Below, in pieces: positions 43,901 to 58,970 of a DNA stretch of 64,000 bases. The notes under the pieces were generated by a model, which saw nothing but the letters and a program-made list of their open reading frames with translations, was not told where the DNA came from and did no database searches. This DNA comes from Eledone cirrhosa (lineage: Eukaryota), in assembly GCA_964016885.1 (NCBI GenBank), contig OZ024742.1, positions 342,178,001 through 342,242,000 of the forward strand. The letters are read 5' to 3'. The position numbers were made by a program, and so were the translations under genes. Numbering within the stretch: the first letter of the stretch is position 1; every line of letters begins with the position of its first letter.

Positions 43901-46599
43901 GATCTCCAGTGGTATGAAGTATGTGATCTCCGGTGGTATGAAGTATGTAATCTCCAGTGGTATGAAGTATGTGATATCCTGTGGTATGAAGTATGTGATC
44001 TCCTGTGGTATGTGGTATGTGATCTACAGTGGTATGAAGTATGTGATATCCTGTGGTATGAAGTATGTGATATCCTGTGGTATGAAGTATGTGATCTCCA
44101 GTGGTATGAAGTATGTGATCTCCAGTGGTATGAAGTAAGTGATCTCCAGTGGTATGAAGTATGTGATCTCCAGTGGTATGAAGTATGTGATCTTCAGTGG
44201 TATGAAGTATGTGATCTACAGTGGTATGAAGTATGTGATCTACAGTGTTATGAAGTATGTGATCTACAGTGGTATGAAGTATGTGATCTACAGTGGTATG
44301 AAGTATGTGATCTACAGTGGTATGAAGTATGTGATCTACAGTGGTATGAATTATGTGATCTCCAGTGGTATGAAATATGCCATCCAATGGTATGAAGTAT
44401 GTGATCTACAGTGGTATGAAGTATGTGATCTACAGTGGTATGAAGTATGTGATCTCCAGTGGTATGAAGTATGTGATCTACAGTGGTATGAAGTATGTGA
44501 TCTACAGTGGTATGAAGTATGTCAGCTCCAGTGGTATGACGTATGTGATCTCCAGTGGTATGAAGTATGTGATCAACAGTGGTATGAAGTATGTGATCTC
44601 CTGTGGTATGAAGTATGTCATCTCCTGTGGTATGAAGTATGTGATCTCCAGTGGTATGAAGTATGTGATCTACAGTGGTATGAAGTATGTGACATCCTGT
44701 GGTATGAAGTATATGATCTCCATTGGTATGAAGTATGTGATCTCCAGTGGTATGAAGTATGTGATCTCCAGTGGTATGAAGTATGTGATCTCCAGTGGTA
44801 TGAAGTATGTGATCTACAGTGGTATGAAGTATGTGATCTACAGTGGTATGAAGTATGTGATATCCTGTGGTATGAAGTATGTGATCTACAGTGGTATGAA
44901 GTATCTGATCTACAGTGGTATGAAGTATGTGATCTCCTGTGGTATGAAGTATGTGATCTCAAGTGGTATGAAGTATGTGATCTACAGTGATATGAGGTAT
45001 GTGATCTACAGTGGTATGAAGTATGTGATCTCCTGTGACATGAAGTATGTGATCTACAGTGGTATGAAGTATGTGATCTACAGTGGTATGAAGTATGTGA
45101 TCTCCAGTGGTATGAAGTATGTGATCTCCAGTGGTATGAAGTATGTGATCTACAGTGGTATGAAGTTTGTGATCTCCAGTGGTATGAAGTATGTGATCTA
45201 CAGTGGTATGAAGTATGTGATATCCTGTGGTATGAAGTGTGTGATCTACAGTGGTATGAAGTATGTGATCTCCTGTGGTATGAAGTATGTGATCTCCAGT
45301 GGTATGAAGTATGTGATCTCCTGTGGTATGAAGAATGTGATCTACAGTGGTATGAAATATGTGATCTCCAGTGGTATGAAGTATGTGATCTACAGTGGTA
45401 TGAAGTATGTCAGCTCCAGTGGTATGAAGTGTGTGATCTCCAGTGGTATGAAGTATGTGATCTACAGTGGTATGAAGTATGTGATCTCCAGTGGTATGAA
45501 GTATGTGATCTGCAGTGGTATGAAGTATGTGATCTACAGTGGTATGAAGTATGTGATATCCTGTGGTATGAAGTATGTGATATCCTGTGGTATGAAGTAT
45601 GTGATCTCCAGTGGTATGAAGTATGTGATCTACAGTGGTATGAAGTATGTGATCTCCAGTGGTATGAAGTATGTGATCTCCAGTGGTATGAAGTATGTGA
45701 TCTCCTGTGGTATGAAGTATGTGATCTACAGTGGTATGAAGTTTGTGATCTCCAGTGGTATGAAGTATGTGATCTACAGTGGTATGAAGTATGTGATCTC
45801 CTGTGGTATGAAGTATGTGATCTCCAGTGGTATGAAGTATGTGATCTCCTGTGGCATGAAGAATGTGATCTACAGTGGTATGACATATGTGATCTCCAGT
45901 GGTATGAAGTATGTGATCTACAGTGGTATGAAGTATGTCAGCTCCAGTGGTATGAAGTATGTGATCTACAGTGGTATGAAGTATGTGATCTACAGTGGTA
46001 TGAAGTATGTGATCTCCAGTGGTATGAAGTATGTGATCTACAGTGGTATGAAGTATGTGATCTACAGTGGAATGAAGTATGTGATATCCTGTGTTATGAA
46101 GTATGTGATATCCAGTGCTATGAAGTATGTGATCTTCAGTGGTATGAAGTATGTGATCTCCAGTGGTATGAAGTATGTGATCTCCAGTGGTATGAAGTAT
46201 GTGATCTACAGTGGTATGAAGTATGTGATCTACAGTGGTATGAAGTATGTGATTTCCAGTGGTATGAAGTATGTGATCTCCGGTGGTATGAAGTATGTAA
46301 TCTCCAGTGGTATGAAGTATGTGATATCCTGTGGTATGAAGTATGTGATCTCCTGTGGTATGAGGTATGTGATCTACAGTGGTATGAAGTATGTGATATC
46401 CTGTGGTATGAAGTATGTGATATCCTGTGGTATGAAGTATGTGATCTCCAGTGGTATGAAGTATGTGATCTCCAGTGGTATGAAGTAAGTGATCTCCAGT
46501 GGTATGAAGTATGTGATCTCCAGTGGTATGAAGTATGTGATCTTCAGTGGTATGAAGTATGTGATCTACAGTGGTATGAAGTATGTGATCTACAGTGTT

Positions 46600-49500
46600 A
46601 TGAAGTATGTGATCTACAGTGGTATGAAGTATGTGATCTACAGTGGTATGAAGTATGTGATCTACAGTGGTATGAAGTATGTGATCTACAGTGGTATGAA
46701 TTATGTGATCTCCAGTGGTATGAAATATGCCATCCAGTGGTATGAAGTATGTGATCTACAGTGGTATGAAGTATGTGATCTACAGTGGTATGAAGTATGT
46801 GATCTACAGTGGTATGAAGTATGTGATCTCCAGTGGTATGAAGTATGTGATCTACAGTGGTATGAAGTATGTGATCTACAGTGGTATGAAGTATGTCAGC
46901 TCCAGTGGTATGATGTATGTGATCTCCAGTGGTAAGAAGTATGTGATCAACAGTGGTATGAAGTATGTGATCTCCTGTGGTATGAAGTATGTCATCTCCT
47001 GTGGTATGAAGTATGTGATCTCCAGTGGTATGAAGTATGTGATCTACAGTGGTATGAAGTATGTGATCTACAGTGGTATGAAGTATGTGACATCCTGTGG
47101 TATGAAGTATATGATCTCCATTGGTATGAAGTATGTGATCTCCAGTGGTATGAAGTATGTGATCTCCAGTGGTATGAAGTATGTGATCTCCAGTGGTATG
47201 AAGTATGTGATCTACAGTGGTATGAAGTATGTGATCTACAGTGGTATGAAGTATGTGATATCCTGTGGTATGAAGTATGTGATCTACAGTGGTATGAAGT
47301 ATGTGATCTCATGTGGTATGAAGTATGTGATCTCCAGTGGTATGAAGTATGTGATCTACAGTGGTATGAAGTTTGTGATCTCCAGTGGTATGAAGTATGT
47401 GATCTACAGTGGTATGAAGTATGTGATATCCTGTGGTATGAAGTGTGTGATCTACAGTGGTATGAAGTATGTGATCTCCTGTGGTATGAAGTATGTGATC
47501 TCCAGTGGTATGAAGTATGTGATCTCCTGTGGTATGAAGAATGTGATCTACAGTGGTATGAAATATGTGATCTCCAGTGGTATGAAGTATGTGATCTACA
47601 GTGGTATGAAGTATGTCAGCTCCAGTGGTATGAAGTATGTGATCTACAGTGGTATGAAGTATGTCATCTACAGTGGTATGAAGTATGTGATATCCTGTGG
47701 TATGAAGTATGTGATATCCTGTGGTATGAAGTATGTGATCTCCAGTGGTATGAAGTATGTGATCTCCAGTGGTATGAAGTATGTGATCTCCAGTGGTATG
47801 AAGTATGTAATCTCCAGTGGTATGAAGTATGTGATATCCTGTGGTATGAAGTATGTGATCTCCTGTGGTATGAGGTATGTGATCTACAGTGGTATGAAGT
47901 ATGTGATATCCTGTGGTATGAAGTATGTGATATCCTGTGGTATGAAGTATGTGATCTCCAGTGGTATGAAGTATGTGATCTCCAGTGGTATGAAGTATGT
48001 GATCTCCAGTGGTATGAAGTATGTGATCTCCAGTGGTATGAAGTATGTGATCTTCAGTGGTATGAAGTATGTGATCTACAGTGGTATGAAGTATGTCATC
48101 TACAGTGGTATGAAGTATGTCATCTACAGTGGTATGAAGTATGTGATCTACAGTGGTATGAAGTATGTGATCTACAGTGGTATGAAGTATGTGATCTCCA
48201 GTGGTATGAAGTATGTGATCTCCAGTGGTATGAAGTATGTGATCTCCTGTGGTATGAAGTATGTGATCTACAGTGGTATGAAGTTTGTGATCTCCAGTGG
48301 TATGAAGTATGTGATCTACAGTGGTATGAAGTATGTGATATCCTGTGGTATGAAGTGTGTGATCTACAGTGGTATGAAGTATGTGATCTCCTGTGGTATG
48401 AAGTACGTGATCTCCAGTGGTATGAAGTATGTGATCTCCTGTGGTATGAAGAATGTGATCTACAGTGGTATGAAATATGTGATCTCCAGTGGTATGAAGT
48501 ATGTGATCTACAGTGGTATGAAGTATGTTAGCTCCAGTGGTATGAAGTGTGTGATCTCCAGTGGTATGAAGTATGTGATCTACAGTGGTATGAAGTATGT
48601 GATCTCCAGTGGTATGAAGTATGTGATCTACAGTGGTATGAAGTATGTGATCTACAGTGGTATGACGTATGTGATATCCTGTGGTATGAAGTATGTGATA
48701 TCCTGTGGTATGAAGTATGTGATCTCCAGTGGTATGAAGTATGTGATCTACAGTGGTATGAAATATGTGATCTACAGTGGTATGAAGTATGTGATCTCCA
48801 GTGGTATGAAGTATGTGATCTCCAGTGGTATGAAGTATGTGATCTCCTGTGGTATGAAGTATGTGATCTACAGTGGTATGACGTTTGTGATCTCCAGTGG
48901 TATGAAGTATGTGATCTACAGTGGTATGAAGTATGTGATATCCTGTGGTATGAAGTGTGTGATCTACAGTCGTATGAAGTATGTGATCTCCAGTGGTATG
49001 AAGTATGTGATCTCCTGTGGCATGAAGAATGTGATCTACAGTGGTATGACATATGTGATCTCCAGTGGTATGAAGTATGTGATCTACAGTGGTATGAAGT
49101 ATGTCAGCTCCAGTGGTATGAAGTATGTGATCTACAGTGGTATGAATTATGTGATCTACAGTGGTATGAAGTATGTGATCTCCAGTGGTATGAAGTATGT
49201 GATCTACAGTGGTATGAAGTATGTGATCTACAGTGGTATGAAGTATGTGATATCCTGTGGTATGAAGTATGTGATATCCTGTGGTATGAAGTATGTGATC
49301 TCCAGTGGTATGAAGTATGTGATCTCCAGTGGTATGAAGTATGTGATCTCCAGTGGTATGAAGTATGTGATCTACAGTGGTATGAAGTATGTGATCTACA
49401 GTGGTATGAAGTATGTGATCTCCAGTGGTATGAAGTATGTGATCTCCGGTGGTATGAAGTATGTAATCTCCAGTGGTATGAAGTATGTGATATCCTGTGG

Positions 49501-52500
49501 TGTGAAGTATGTGATCTCCTGTGGTATGAGGTATGTGATCTACAGTGGTATGAAGTATGTGATATCCTGTGGTATGAAGTATGTGATATCCTGTGGTATG
49601 AAGTATGTGATCTCCAGTGGTATGAAGTATGTGATCTCCAGTGGTATGAAGTAAGTGATCTCCAGTGGTATGAAGTATGTGATCTCCAGTGGTATGAAGT
49701 ATGTGATCTTCAGTGGTATGAAGTATGTGATCTACAGTGGTATGAAGTATGTGATCTACAGTGTTATGAAGTATGTGATCTACAGTGGTATGAAGTATGT
49801 GATCTACAGTGGTATGAAGTATGTGATCTACAGTGGTATGAAGTATGTGATCTACAGTGGTATGAAGTATGTGATCTACAGTGGTATGAAGTATGTGATC
49901 TCCAGTGGTATGAAGTATGTGATCTACAGTGGTATGAAGTATGTGATCTCCAGTGGTATGAAGTATGTCAGCTCCACTGGTATGATGTATGTGATCTCCA
50001 GTGGTATGAAGTATGTGATCAACAGTGGTATGAAGTATGTGATCTCCTGTGGTATGAAGTATGTCATCTCCTGTGGTATGAAGTATGTGATCTCCAGTGG
50101 TATGAAGTATGTGATCTACAGTGGTATGAAGTATGTGATCTACAGTGGTATGAAGTATGTGACATCCTGTGGTATGAAGTATATGATCTCCATTGGTATG
50201 AAGTATGTGATCTCCAGTGGTATGAAGTATGTGATCTCCAGTGGTATGAAGTATGTGATCTCCAGTGGTATGAAGTATGTGATCTACAGTGGTATGAAGT
50301 ATGTGATCTACAGTGGTATGAAGTATGTGATATCCTGTGGTATGAAGTATGTGATCTACAGTGGTATGAAGTATGTGATCTACAGTGGTATGAAGTATGT
50401 GATCTCATGTGGTATGAAGTATGTGATCTCCAGTGGTATGAAGTATGTGATCTACAGTGATATGAGGTATGTGATCTACAGTGGTATGAAGTATGTGATC
50501 TCCTGTGACATGAAGTATGTGATCTACAGTGGTATGAAGTATGTGATCTACAGTGGTATGAAGTATGTGATCTACAGTGGTATGAAGTATGTGATCTCCA
50601 GTGGTATGAAGTATGTGATCTCCAGTGGTATGAAGTATGTGATCTCCTGTGGTATGAAGTATGTGATCTACAGTGGTATGAAGTTTGTGATCTCCAGTGG
50701 TATGAAGTATGTGATCTACAGTGGTATGAAGTATGTGATATCCTGTGGTATGAAGTGTGTGATCTACAGTGGTATGAAGTATGTGATCTCCTGTGGTATG
50801 AAGTATGTGATCTCCAGTGGTATGAAGTATGTGATCTCCTGTGGTATGAAGAATGTGATCTACAGTGGTATGAAATATGTGATCTCCAGTGGTATGAAGT
50901 ATGTGATCTACAGTGGTATGAAGTATGTCAGCTCCAGTGGTATGAAGTGTGTGATCTCCAGTGGTATGAAGTATGTAATCTACAGTGGTATGAAGTATGT
51001 GATCTCCAGTGGTATGAAGTATGTGATCTACAGTGGTATGAAGTATGTCATCTACATTGGTATGAAGTATGTGATATCCTGTGGTATGAAGTATGTGATA
51101 TCCTGTGGTATGAAGTATGTGATCTCCAGTGGTATGAAGTATGTGATCTCCAGTGGTATGAAGTATGTGATCTCCAGTGGTATGAAGTATGTAATCTCCA
51201 GTGGTATGAAGTATGTGATATCCTGTGGTATGAAGTATGTGATCTCCTGTGGTATGAGGTATGTGATCTACAGTGGTATGAAGTATATGATATCCTGGGG
51301 TATGAAATATGTGATATCCTGTGGTATGAAGTATGTGATCTCCAGTGGTATGAAGTATGTGATCTCCAGTGGTATGAAGATTGTGATCTCGAGTGGTATG
51401 AAGTATGTGATCTCCAGTGGTATGAAGTATGTGATCTTCAGTGGTATGAAGTATGTGATCTACAGTGGTATGAAGTATGTCATCTACAGTGGTATGAAGT
51501 ATGTCATCTACAGTGGTGTGAAGTATGTGATCTACAGTGGTATGAAGTATGTGATCTACAGTGGTATGAATTATGTGATCTCCAGTGGTATGAAATATGT
51601 CAGCTCCAGTGGTATGAAGTATGTGATCTACAGTGGTATGAAGTATGTGATCTACAGTGGTATGAAGTATGTGATCTACAGTGGTATGAAGTATGTGATC
51701 TCCAGTGGTATGAAGTATGTGATCTCCAGTGGTATGAAGTATGTGATCTACAGTGGTATGAAGTATGTGATCTACAGTGTTATGAAGTATGTGATCTACA
51801 GTGGTATGAAGTATGTGATCTACAGTGGTATGAAGTATGTGATCTACAGTGGTATGAAGTATGTGATCTACAGTGGTATGAATTATGTGATCTCCAGTGG
51901 TATGAAATATGCCATCCAGTGGTATGAAGTATGTGATCTACAGTGGTATGAAGTATGTGATCTACAGTGGTATGAAGTATGTGATCTACAGTGGTATGAA
52001 GTATGTGATCTCCAGTGGTATGAAGTATGTGATCTACAGTGGTATGAAGTATGTGATCTACAGTGGTATGAAGTATGTCAGCTCCAGTGGTATGATGTAT
52101 GTGATCTCCAGTGGTATGAAGTATGTGATCAACAGTGGTATGAAGTATGTGATCTCCTGTGGTATGAAGTATGTCATCTCCTGTGGTATGAAGTATGTGA
52201 TCTCCAGTGGTATGAAGTATGTGATCTACAGTGGTATGAAGTATGTGATCTACAGTGGTATGAATTATGTGACATCCTGTGGTATGAAGTATATGATCTC
52301 CATTGGTATGAAGTATGTGATCTCCAGTGGTATGAAGTATGTGATCTCCAGTGGTATGAAGTATGTGATCTCCAGTGGTATGAAGTATGTGATCTACAGT
52401 GGTATGAAGTATGTGATCTACAGTGGTATGAAGTATGTGATATCCTGTGGTATGAAGTATGTGATCTACAGTGGTATGAAGTATGTGATCTCATGTGGTA

Positions 52501-55500
52501 TGAAGTATGTGATCTCCAGTGGTATGAAGTATGTGATCAAACAGTGGTATGAAGTTTGTGATCTCCAGTGGTATGAAGTATGTGATCTACAGTGGTATGA
52601 AGTATGTGATATCCTGTGGTATGAAGTGTGTGATCTACAGTGGTATGAAGTATGTGATCTCCTGTGGTATGAAGTATGTGATCTCCAGTGGTATGAAGTA
52701 TGTGATCTCCTGTGGTATGAAGAATGTGATCTACAGTGGTATGAAATATGTGATCTCCAGTGGTATGAAGTATGTGATCTACAGTGGTATGAAGTATGTC
52801 AGCTCCAGTGGTATGAAGTATGTGATCTACAGTGGTATGAAGTATGTCATCTACAGTGGTATGAAGTATGTGATATCCTGTGGTATGAAGTATGTGATAT
52901 CCTGTGGTATGAAGTATGTGATCTCCAGTGGTATGAAGTATGTGATCTCCAGTGGTATGAAGTATGTGATCTCCAGTGGTATGAAGTATGTAATCTCCAG
53001 TGGTATGAAGTATGTGATATCCTGTGGTATGAAGTATGTGATCTCCTGTGGTATGAGGTATGTGATCTACAGTGGTATGAAGTATGTGATATCCTGTGGT
53101 ATGAAGTATGTGATATCCTGTGGTATGAAGTATGTGATCTCCAGTGGTATGAAGTATGTGATCTCCAGTGGTATGAAGTATGTGATCTCCAGTGGTATGA
53201 AGTATGTGATCTCCAGTGGTATGAAGTATGTGATCTTCAGTGGTATGAAGTATGTGATCTACAGTGGTATGAAGTATGTCATCTACAGTGGTATGAAGTA
53301 TGTCATCTACAGTGGTATGAAGTATGTGATCTACAGTGGTATGAAGTATGTGATCTACAGTGGTATGAAGTATGTGATCTCCAGTGGTATGAAGTATGTG
53401 ATCTCCAGTGGTATGAAGTATGTGATCTCCTGTGGTATGAAGTATGTGATCTACAGTGGTATGAAGTTTGTGATCTCCAGTGGTATGAAGTATGTGATCT
53501 ACAGTGGTATGAAGTATGTGATATCCTGTGGTATGAAGTGTGTGATCTACAGTGGTATGAAGTATGTGATCTCCTGTGGTATGAAGTACGTGATCTCCAG
53601 TGGTATGAAGTATGTGATCTCCTGTGGTATGAAGAATGTGATCTACAGTGGTATGAAATATGTGATCTCCAGTGGTATGAAGTATGTGATCTACAGTGGT
53701 ATGAAGTATGTTAGCTCCAGTGGTATGAAGTGTGTGATCTCCAGTGGTATGAAGTATGTGATCTACAGTGGTATGAAGTATGTGATCTCCAGTGGTATGA
53801 AGTATGTGATCTACAGTGGTATGAAGTATGTGATCTACAGTGGTATGACGTATGTGATATCCTGTGGTATGAAGTATGTGATATCCTGTGGTATGAAGTA
53901 TGTGATCTCCAGTGGTATGAAGTATGTGATCTACAGTGGTATGAAGTATGTGATCTACAGTGGTATGAAGTATGTGATCTCCAGTGGTATGAAGTATGTG
54001 ATCTCCAGTGGTATGAAGTATGTGATCTCCTGTGGTATGAAGTATGTGATCTACAGTGGTATGACGTTTGTGATCTCCAGTGGTATGAAGTATGTGATCT
54101 ACAGTGCTATGAAGTATGTGATATCCTGTGGTATGAAGTGTGTGATCTACAGTCGTATGAAGTATGTGATCTCCAGTGGTATGAAGTATGTGATCTCCTG
54201 TGGCATGAAGAATGTGATCTACAGTGGTATGACATATGTGATCTCCAGTGGTATGAAGTATGTGATCTACAGTGGTATGAAGTATGTCAGCTCCAGTGGT
54301 ATGAAGTATGTGATCTACAGTGGTATGAATTATGTGATCTACAGTGGTATGAAGTATGTGATCTCCAGTGGTATGAAGTATGTGATCTACAGTGGTATGA
54401 AGTATGTGATCTACAGTGGTATGAAGTATGTGATATCCTGTGGTATGAAGTATGTGATATCCTGTGGTATGAAGTATGTGATCTCCAGTGGTATGAAGTA
54501 TGTGATCTCCAGTGGTATGAAGTATGTGATCTCCAGTGGTATGAAGTATGTGATCTACAGTGGTATCAAGTATGTGATCTACAGTGGTATGAAGTATGTG
54601 ATCTCCAGTGGTATGAAGTATGTGATCTCCGGTGGTATGAAGTATGTAATCTCCAGTGGTATGAAGTATGTGATATCCTGTGGTATGAAGTATGTGATCT
54701 CCTGTGGTATGAGGTATGTGATCTACAGTGGTATGAAGTATGTGATATCCTGTGGTATGAAGTATGTGATATCCTGTGGTATGAAGTATGTGATCTCCAG
54801 TGGTATGAAGTATGTGATCTCCAGTGGTATGAAGTAAGTGATCTCCAGTGGTATGAAGTATGTGATCTCCAGTGGTATGAAGTATGTGATCTTCAGTGGT
54901 ATGAAGTATGTGATATCCTGTGGTATGAAGTATGTGATCTCCTGTGGTATGAGGTATGTGATCTACAGTGGTATGAAGTATGTGATATCCTGTGGTATGA
55001 AGTATGTGATATCCTGTGGTATGAAGTATGTGATCTCCAGTGGTATGAAGTATGTGATCTCCAGTGGTATGAAGTATGTGATCTCCAGTGGTATGAAGTA
55101 TGTGATCTCCAGTGGTATGAAGTATGTGATCTCCAGTGGTATGAAGTATGTGATCTTCAGTGGTATGAAGTATGTGATCTACAGTGGTATGAAGTATGTC
55201 ATCTACAGTGGTATGAAGTATGTCATCTACAGTGGTATGAAGTATGTGATCTACAGTGGTATGAAGTATGTGATCTACAGTGGTATGAAGTATGTGATCT
55301 CCAGTGGTATGAAGTATGTGATCTCCAGTGGTATGAAGTATGTGATCTCCTGTGGTATGAAGTATGTGATCTACAGTGGTATGAAGTTTGTGATCTCCAG
55401 TGGTATGAAGTATGTGATCTACAGTGGTATGAAGTATGTGATATCCTGTGGTATGAAGTGTGTGATCTACAGTGGTATGAAGTATGTGATCTCCTGTGGT

Positions 55501-56820
55501 ATGAAGTACGTGATCTCCAGTGGTATGAAGTATGTGATCTCCTGTGGTATGAAGAATGTGATCTACAGTGGTATGAAATATGTGATCTCCAGTGGTATGA
55601 AGTATGTGATCTACAGTGGTATGAAGTATGTTAGCTCCAGTGGTATGAAGTGTGTGATCTCCAGTGGTATGAAGTATGTGATCTACAGTGGTATGAAGTA
55701 TGTGATCTCCAGTGGTATGAAGTATGTGATCTACAGTGGTATGAAGTATGTGATCTACAGTGGTATGACGTATGTGATATCCTGTGGTATGAAGTATGTG
55801 ATATCCTGTGGTATGAAGTATGTGATCTCCAGTGGTATGAAGTATGTGATCTACAGTGGTATGAAGTATGTGATCTACAGTGGTATGAAGTATGTGATCT
55901 CCAGTGGTATGAAGTATGTGATCTCCAGTGGTATGAAGTATGTGATCTCCTGTGGTATGAAGTATGTGATCTACAGTGGTATGACGTTTGTGATCTCCAG
56001 TGGTATGAAGTATGTGATCTACAGTGGTATGAAGTATGTGATATCCTGTGGTATGAAGTGTGTGATCTACAGTCGTATGAAGTATGTGATCTCCAGTGGT
56101 ATGAAGTATGTGATCTCCTGTGGCATGAAGAATGTGATCTACAGTGGTATGACATATGTGATCTCCAGTGGTATGAAGTATGTGATCTACAGTGGTATGA
56201 AGTATGTCAGCTCCAGTGGTATGAAGTATGTGATCTACAGTGGTATGAATTATGTGATCTACAGTGGTATGAAGTATGTGATCTCCAGTGGTATGAAGTA
56301 TGTGATCTACAGTGGTATGAAGTATGTGATCTACAGTGGTATGAAGTATGTGATATCCTGTGGTATGAAGTATGTGATATCCTGTGGTATGAAGTATGTG
56401 ATCTCCAGTGGTATGAAGTATGTGATCTCCAGTGGTATGAAGTATGTGATCTCCAGTGGTATGAAGTATGTGATCTACAGTGGTATGAAGTATGTGATCT
56501 ACAGTGGTATGAAGTATGTGATCTCCAGTGGTATGAAGTATGTGATCTCCGGTGGTATGAAGTATGTAATCTCCAGTGGTATGAAGTATGTGATATCCTG
56601 TGGTATGAAGTATGTGATCTCCTGTGGTATGAGGTATGTGATCTACAGTGGTATGAAGTATGTGATATCCTGTGGTATGAAGTATGTGATATCCTGTGGT
56701 ATGAAGTATGTGATCTCCAGTGGTATGAAGTATGTGATCTCCAGTGGTATGAAGTAAGTGATCTCCAGTGGTATGAAGTATGTGATCTCCAGTGGTATGA
56801 AGTATGTGATCTTCAGTGGT
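46600..56820 (+). repeat. Triplicated block: about 46600-49720 vs 51780-54900 (offset 5182/5183), plus tandem about 53005-54900 vs 54901-56820 (offset 1920 = 80 monomers)
   Basis: Private variants each occur three times: AAGTACGTG 48401/53584/55504, GTTAGCTCC ~48527/53710/55630, GACGTTTG 48880/54063/55983. AAGTAAGTG stop markers fall at 49652, 54835 and 56755. Confidence 0.9.
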
Positions 56821-58970
56821 ATGAAGTATGTGATCTACAGTGGTATGAAGTATGTGATCTACAGTGTTATGAAGTATGTGATCTACAGTGGTATGAAGTA
56901 TGTGATCTACAGTGGTATGAAGTATGTGATCTACAGTGGTATGAAGTATGTGATCTACAGTGGTATGAATTATGTGATCTACAGTGGTATGAAATATGCC
57001 ATCCAGTGGTATGAAGTATGTGATCTACAGTGGTATGAAGTATGTGATCTACAGTGGTATGAAGTATGTGATCTCCAGTGGTATGAAGTATGTGATCTAC
57101 AGTGGTATGAAGTATGTGATCTCCAGTGGTATGAAGTATGTGATCTACAGTGGTATGAAGTATGTGATCTACAGTGGTATGAAGTATGTCAGCTCCACTG
57201 GTATGATGTATGTGATCTCCAGTGGTATGAAGTATGTGATCAACAGTGGTATGAAGTATGTGATCTCCTGTGGTATGAAGTATGTCATCTCCTGTGGTAT
57301 GAAGTATGTGATCTCCAGTGGTATGAAGTATGTGATCTACAGTGGTATGAAGTATGTGATCTACAGTGGTATGAAGTATGTGACATCCTGTGGTATGAAG
57401 TATATGATCTCCATTGGTATGAAGTATGTGATCTCCAGTGGTATGAAGTATGTGATCTCCAGTGGTATGAAGTATGTGATCTCCAGTGGTATGAAGTATG
57501 TGATCTACAGTGGTATGAAGTATGTGATCTACAGTGGTATGAAGTATGTGATATCCTGTGGTATGAAGTATGTGATCTACAGTGGTATGAAGTATGTGAT
57601 CTACAGTGGTATGAAGTATGTGATCTCATGTGGTATGAAGTATGTGATCTCCAGTGGTATGAAGTATGTGATCTACAGTGATATGAGGTATGTGATCTAC
57701 AGTGGTATGAAGTATGTGATCTCCTGTGACATGAAGTATGTGATCTACAGTGGTATGAAGTATGTGATCTACAGTGGTATGAAGTATGTGATCTACAGTG
57801 GTATGAAGTATGTGATCTCCAGTGGTATGAAGTATGTGATCTCCAGTGGTATGAAGTATGTGATCTCCTGTGGTATGAAGTATGTGATCTACAGTGGTAT
57901 GAAGTTTGTGATCTCCAGTGGTATGAAGTATGTGATCTACAGTGGTATGAAGTATGTGATATCCTGTGGTATGAAGTGTGTGATCTACAGTGGTATGAAG
58001 TATGTGATCTCCTGTGGTATGAAGTATGTGATCTCCAGTGGTATGAAGTATGTGATCTCCTGTGGTATGAAGAATGTGATCTACAGTGGTATGAAATATG
58101 TGATCTCCAGTGGTATGAAGTATGTGATCTACAGTGGTATGAAGTATGTCAGCTCCAGTGGTATGAAGTGTGTGATCTCCAGTGGTATGAAGTATGTAAT
58201 CTACAGTGGTATGAAGTATGTGATCTCCAGTGGTATGAAGTATGTGATCTACAGTGGTATGAAGTATGTCATCTACATTGGTATGAAGTATGTGATATCC
58301 TGTGGTATGAAGTATGTGATATCCTGTGGTATGAAGTATGTGATCTCCAGTGGTATGAAGTATGTGATCTCCAGTGGTATGAAGTATGTGATCTCCAGTG
58401 GTATGAAGTATGTAATCTCCAGTGGTATGAAGTATGTGATATCCTGTGGTATGAAGTATGTGATCTCCTGTGGTATGAGGTATGTGATCTACAGTGGTAT
58501 GAAGTATATGATATCCTGGGGTATGAAATATGTGATATCCTGTGGTATGAAGTATGTGATCTCCAGTGGTATGAAGTATGTGATCTCCAGTGGTATGAAG
58601 ATTGTGATCTCGAGTGGTATGAAGTATGTGATCTCCAGTGGTATGAAGTATGTGATCTTCAGTGGTATGAAGTATGTGATCTACAGTGGTATGAAGTATG
58701 TCATCTACAGTGGTATGAAGTATGTCATCTACAGTGGTGTGAAGTATGTGATCTACAGTGGTATGAAGTATGTGATCTACAGTGGTATGAATTATGTGAT
58801 CTCCAGTGGTATGAAATATGTCAGCTCCAGTGGTATGAAGTATGTGATCTACAGTGGTATGAAGTATGTGATCTACAGTGGTATGAAGTATGTGATCTAC
58901 AGTGGTATGAAGTATGTGATCTCCAGTGGTATGAAGTATGTGATCTCCAGTGGTATGAAGTATGTGATCT
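49950..58970 (+). repeat. Duplication at offset 7221 bp: about 49950-51750 vs 57170-58970
   Basis: ORF pairs 50064/57285 and 50755/57976. Shared private variants are GCTCCACTGG, CATCTACATT, TATATGATATCCTGGGG and AAGATTGTGATCTCGAG. Confidence 0.88.

Noticed and set aside
39210-44387. 1725-aa His/Thr-rich minus-strand ORF (HTT[G/V]DHIL)n and similar ORFs, resembling a metal-binding repeat protein
   Set aside because: It is the antisense reading of the same monomer. Its start is a chance ATG in one variant unit, it runs through a frameshift, and it has no signal peptide or unique domain.
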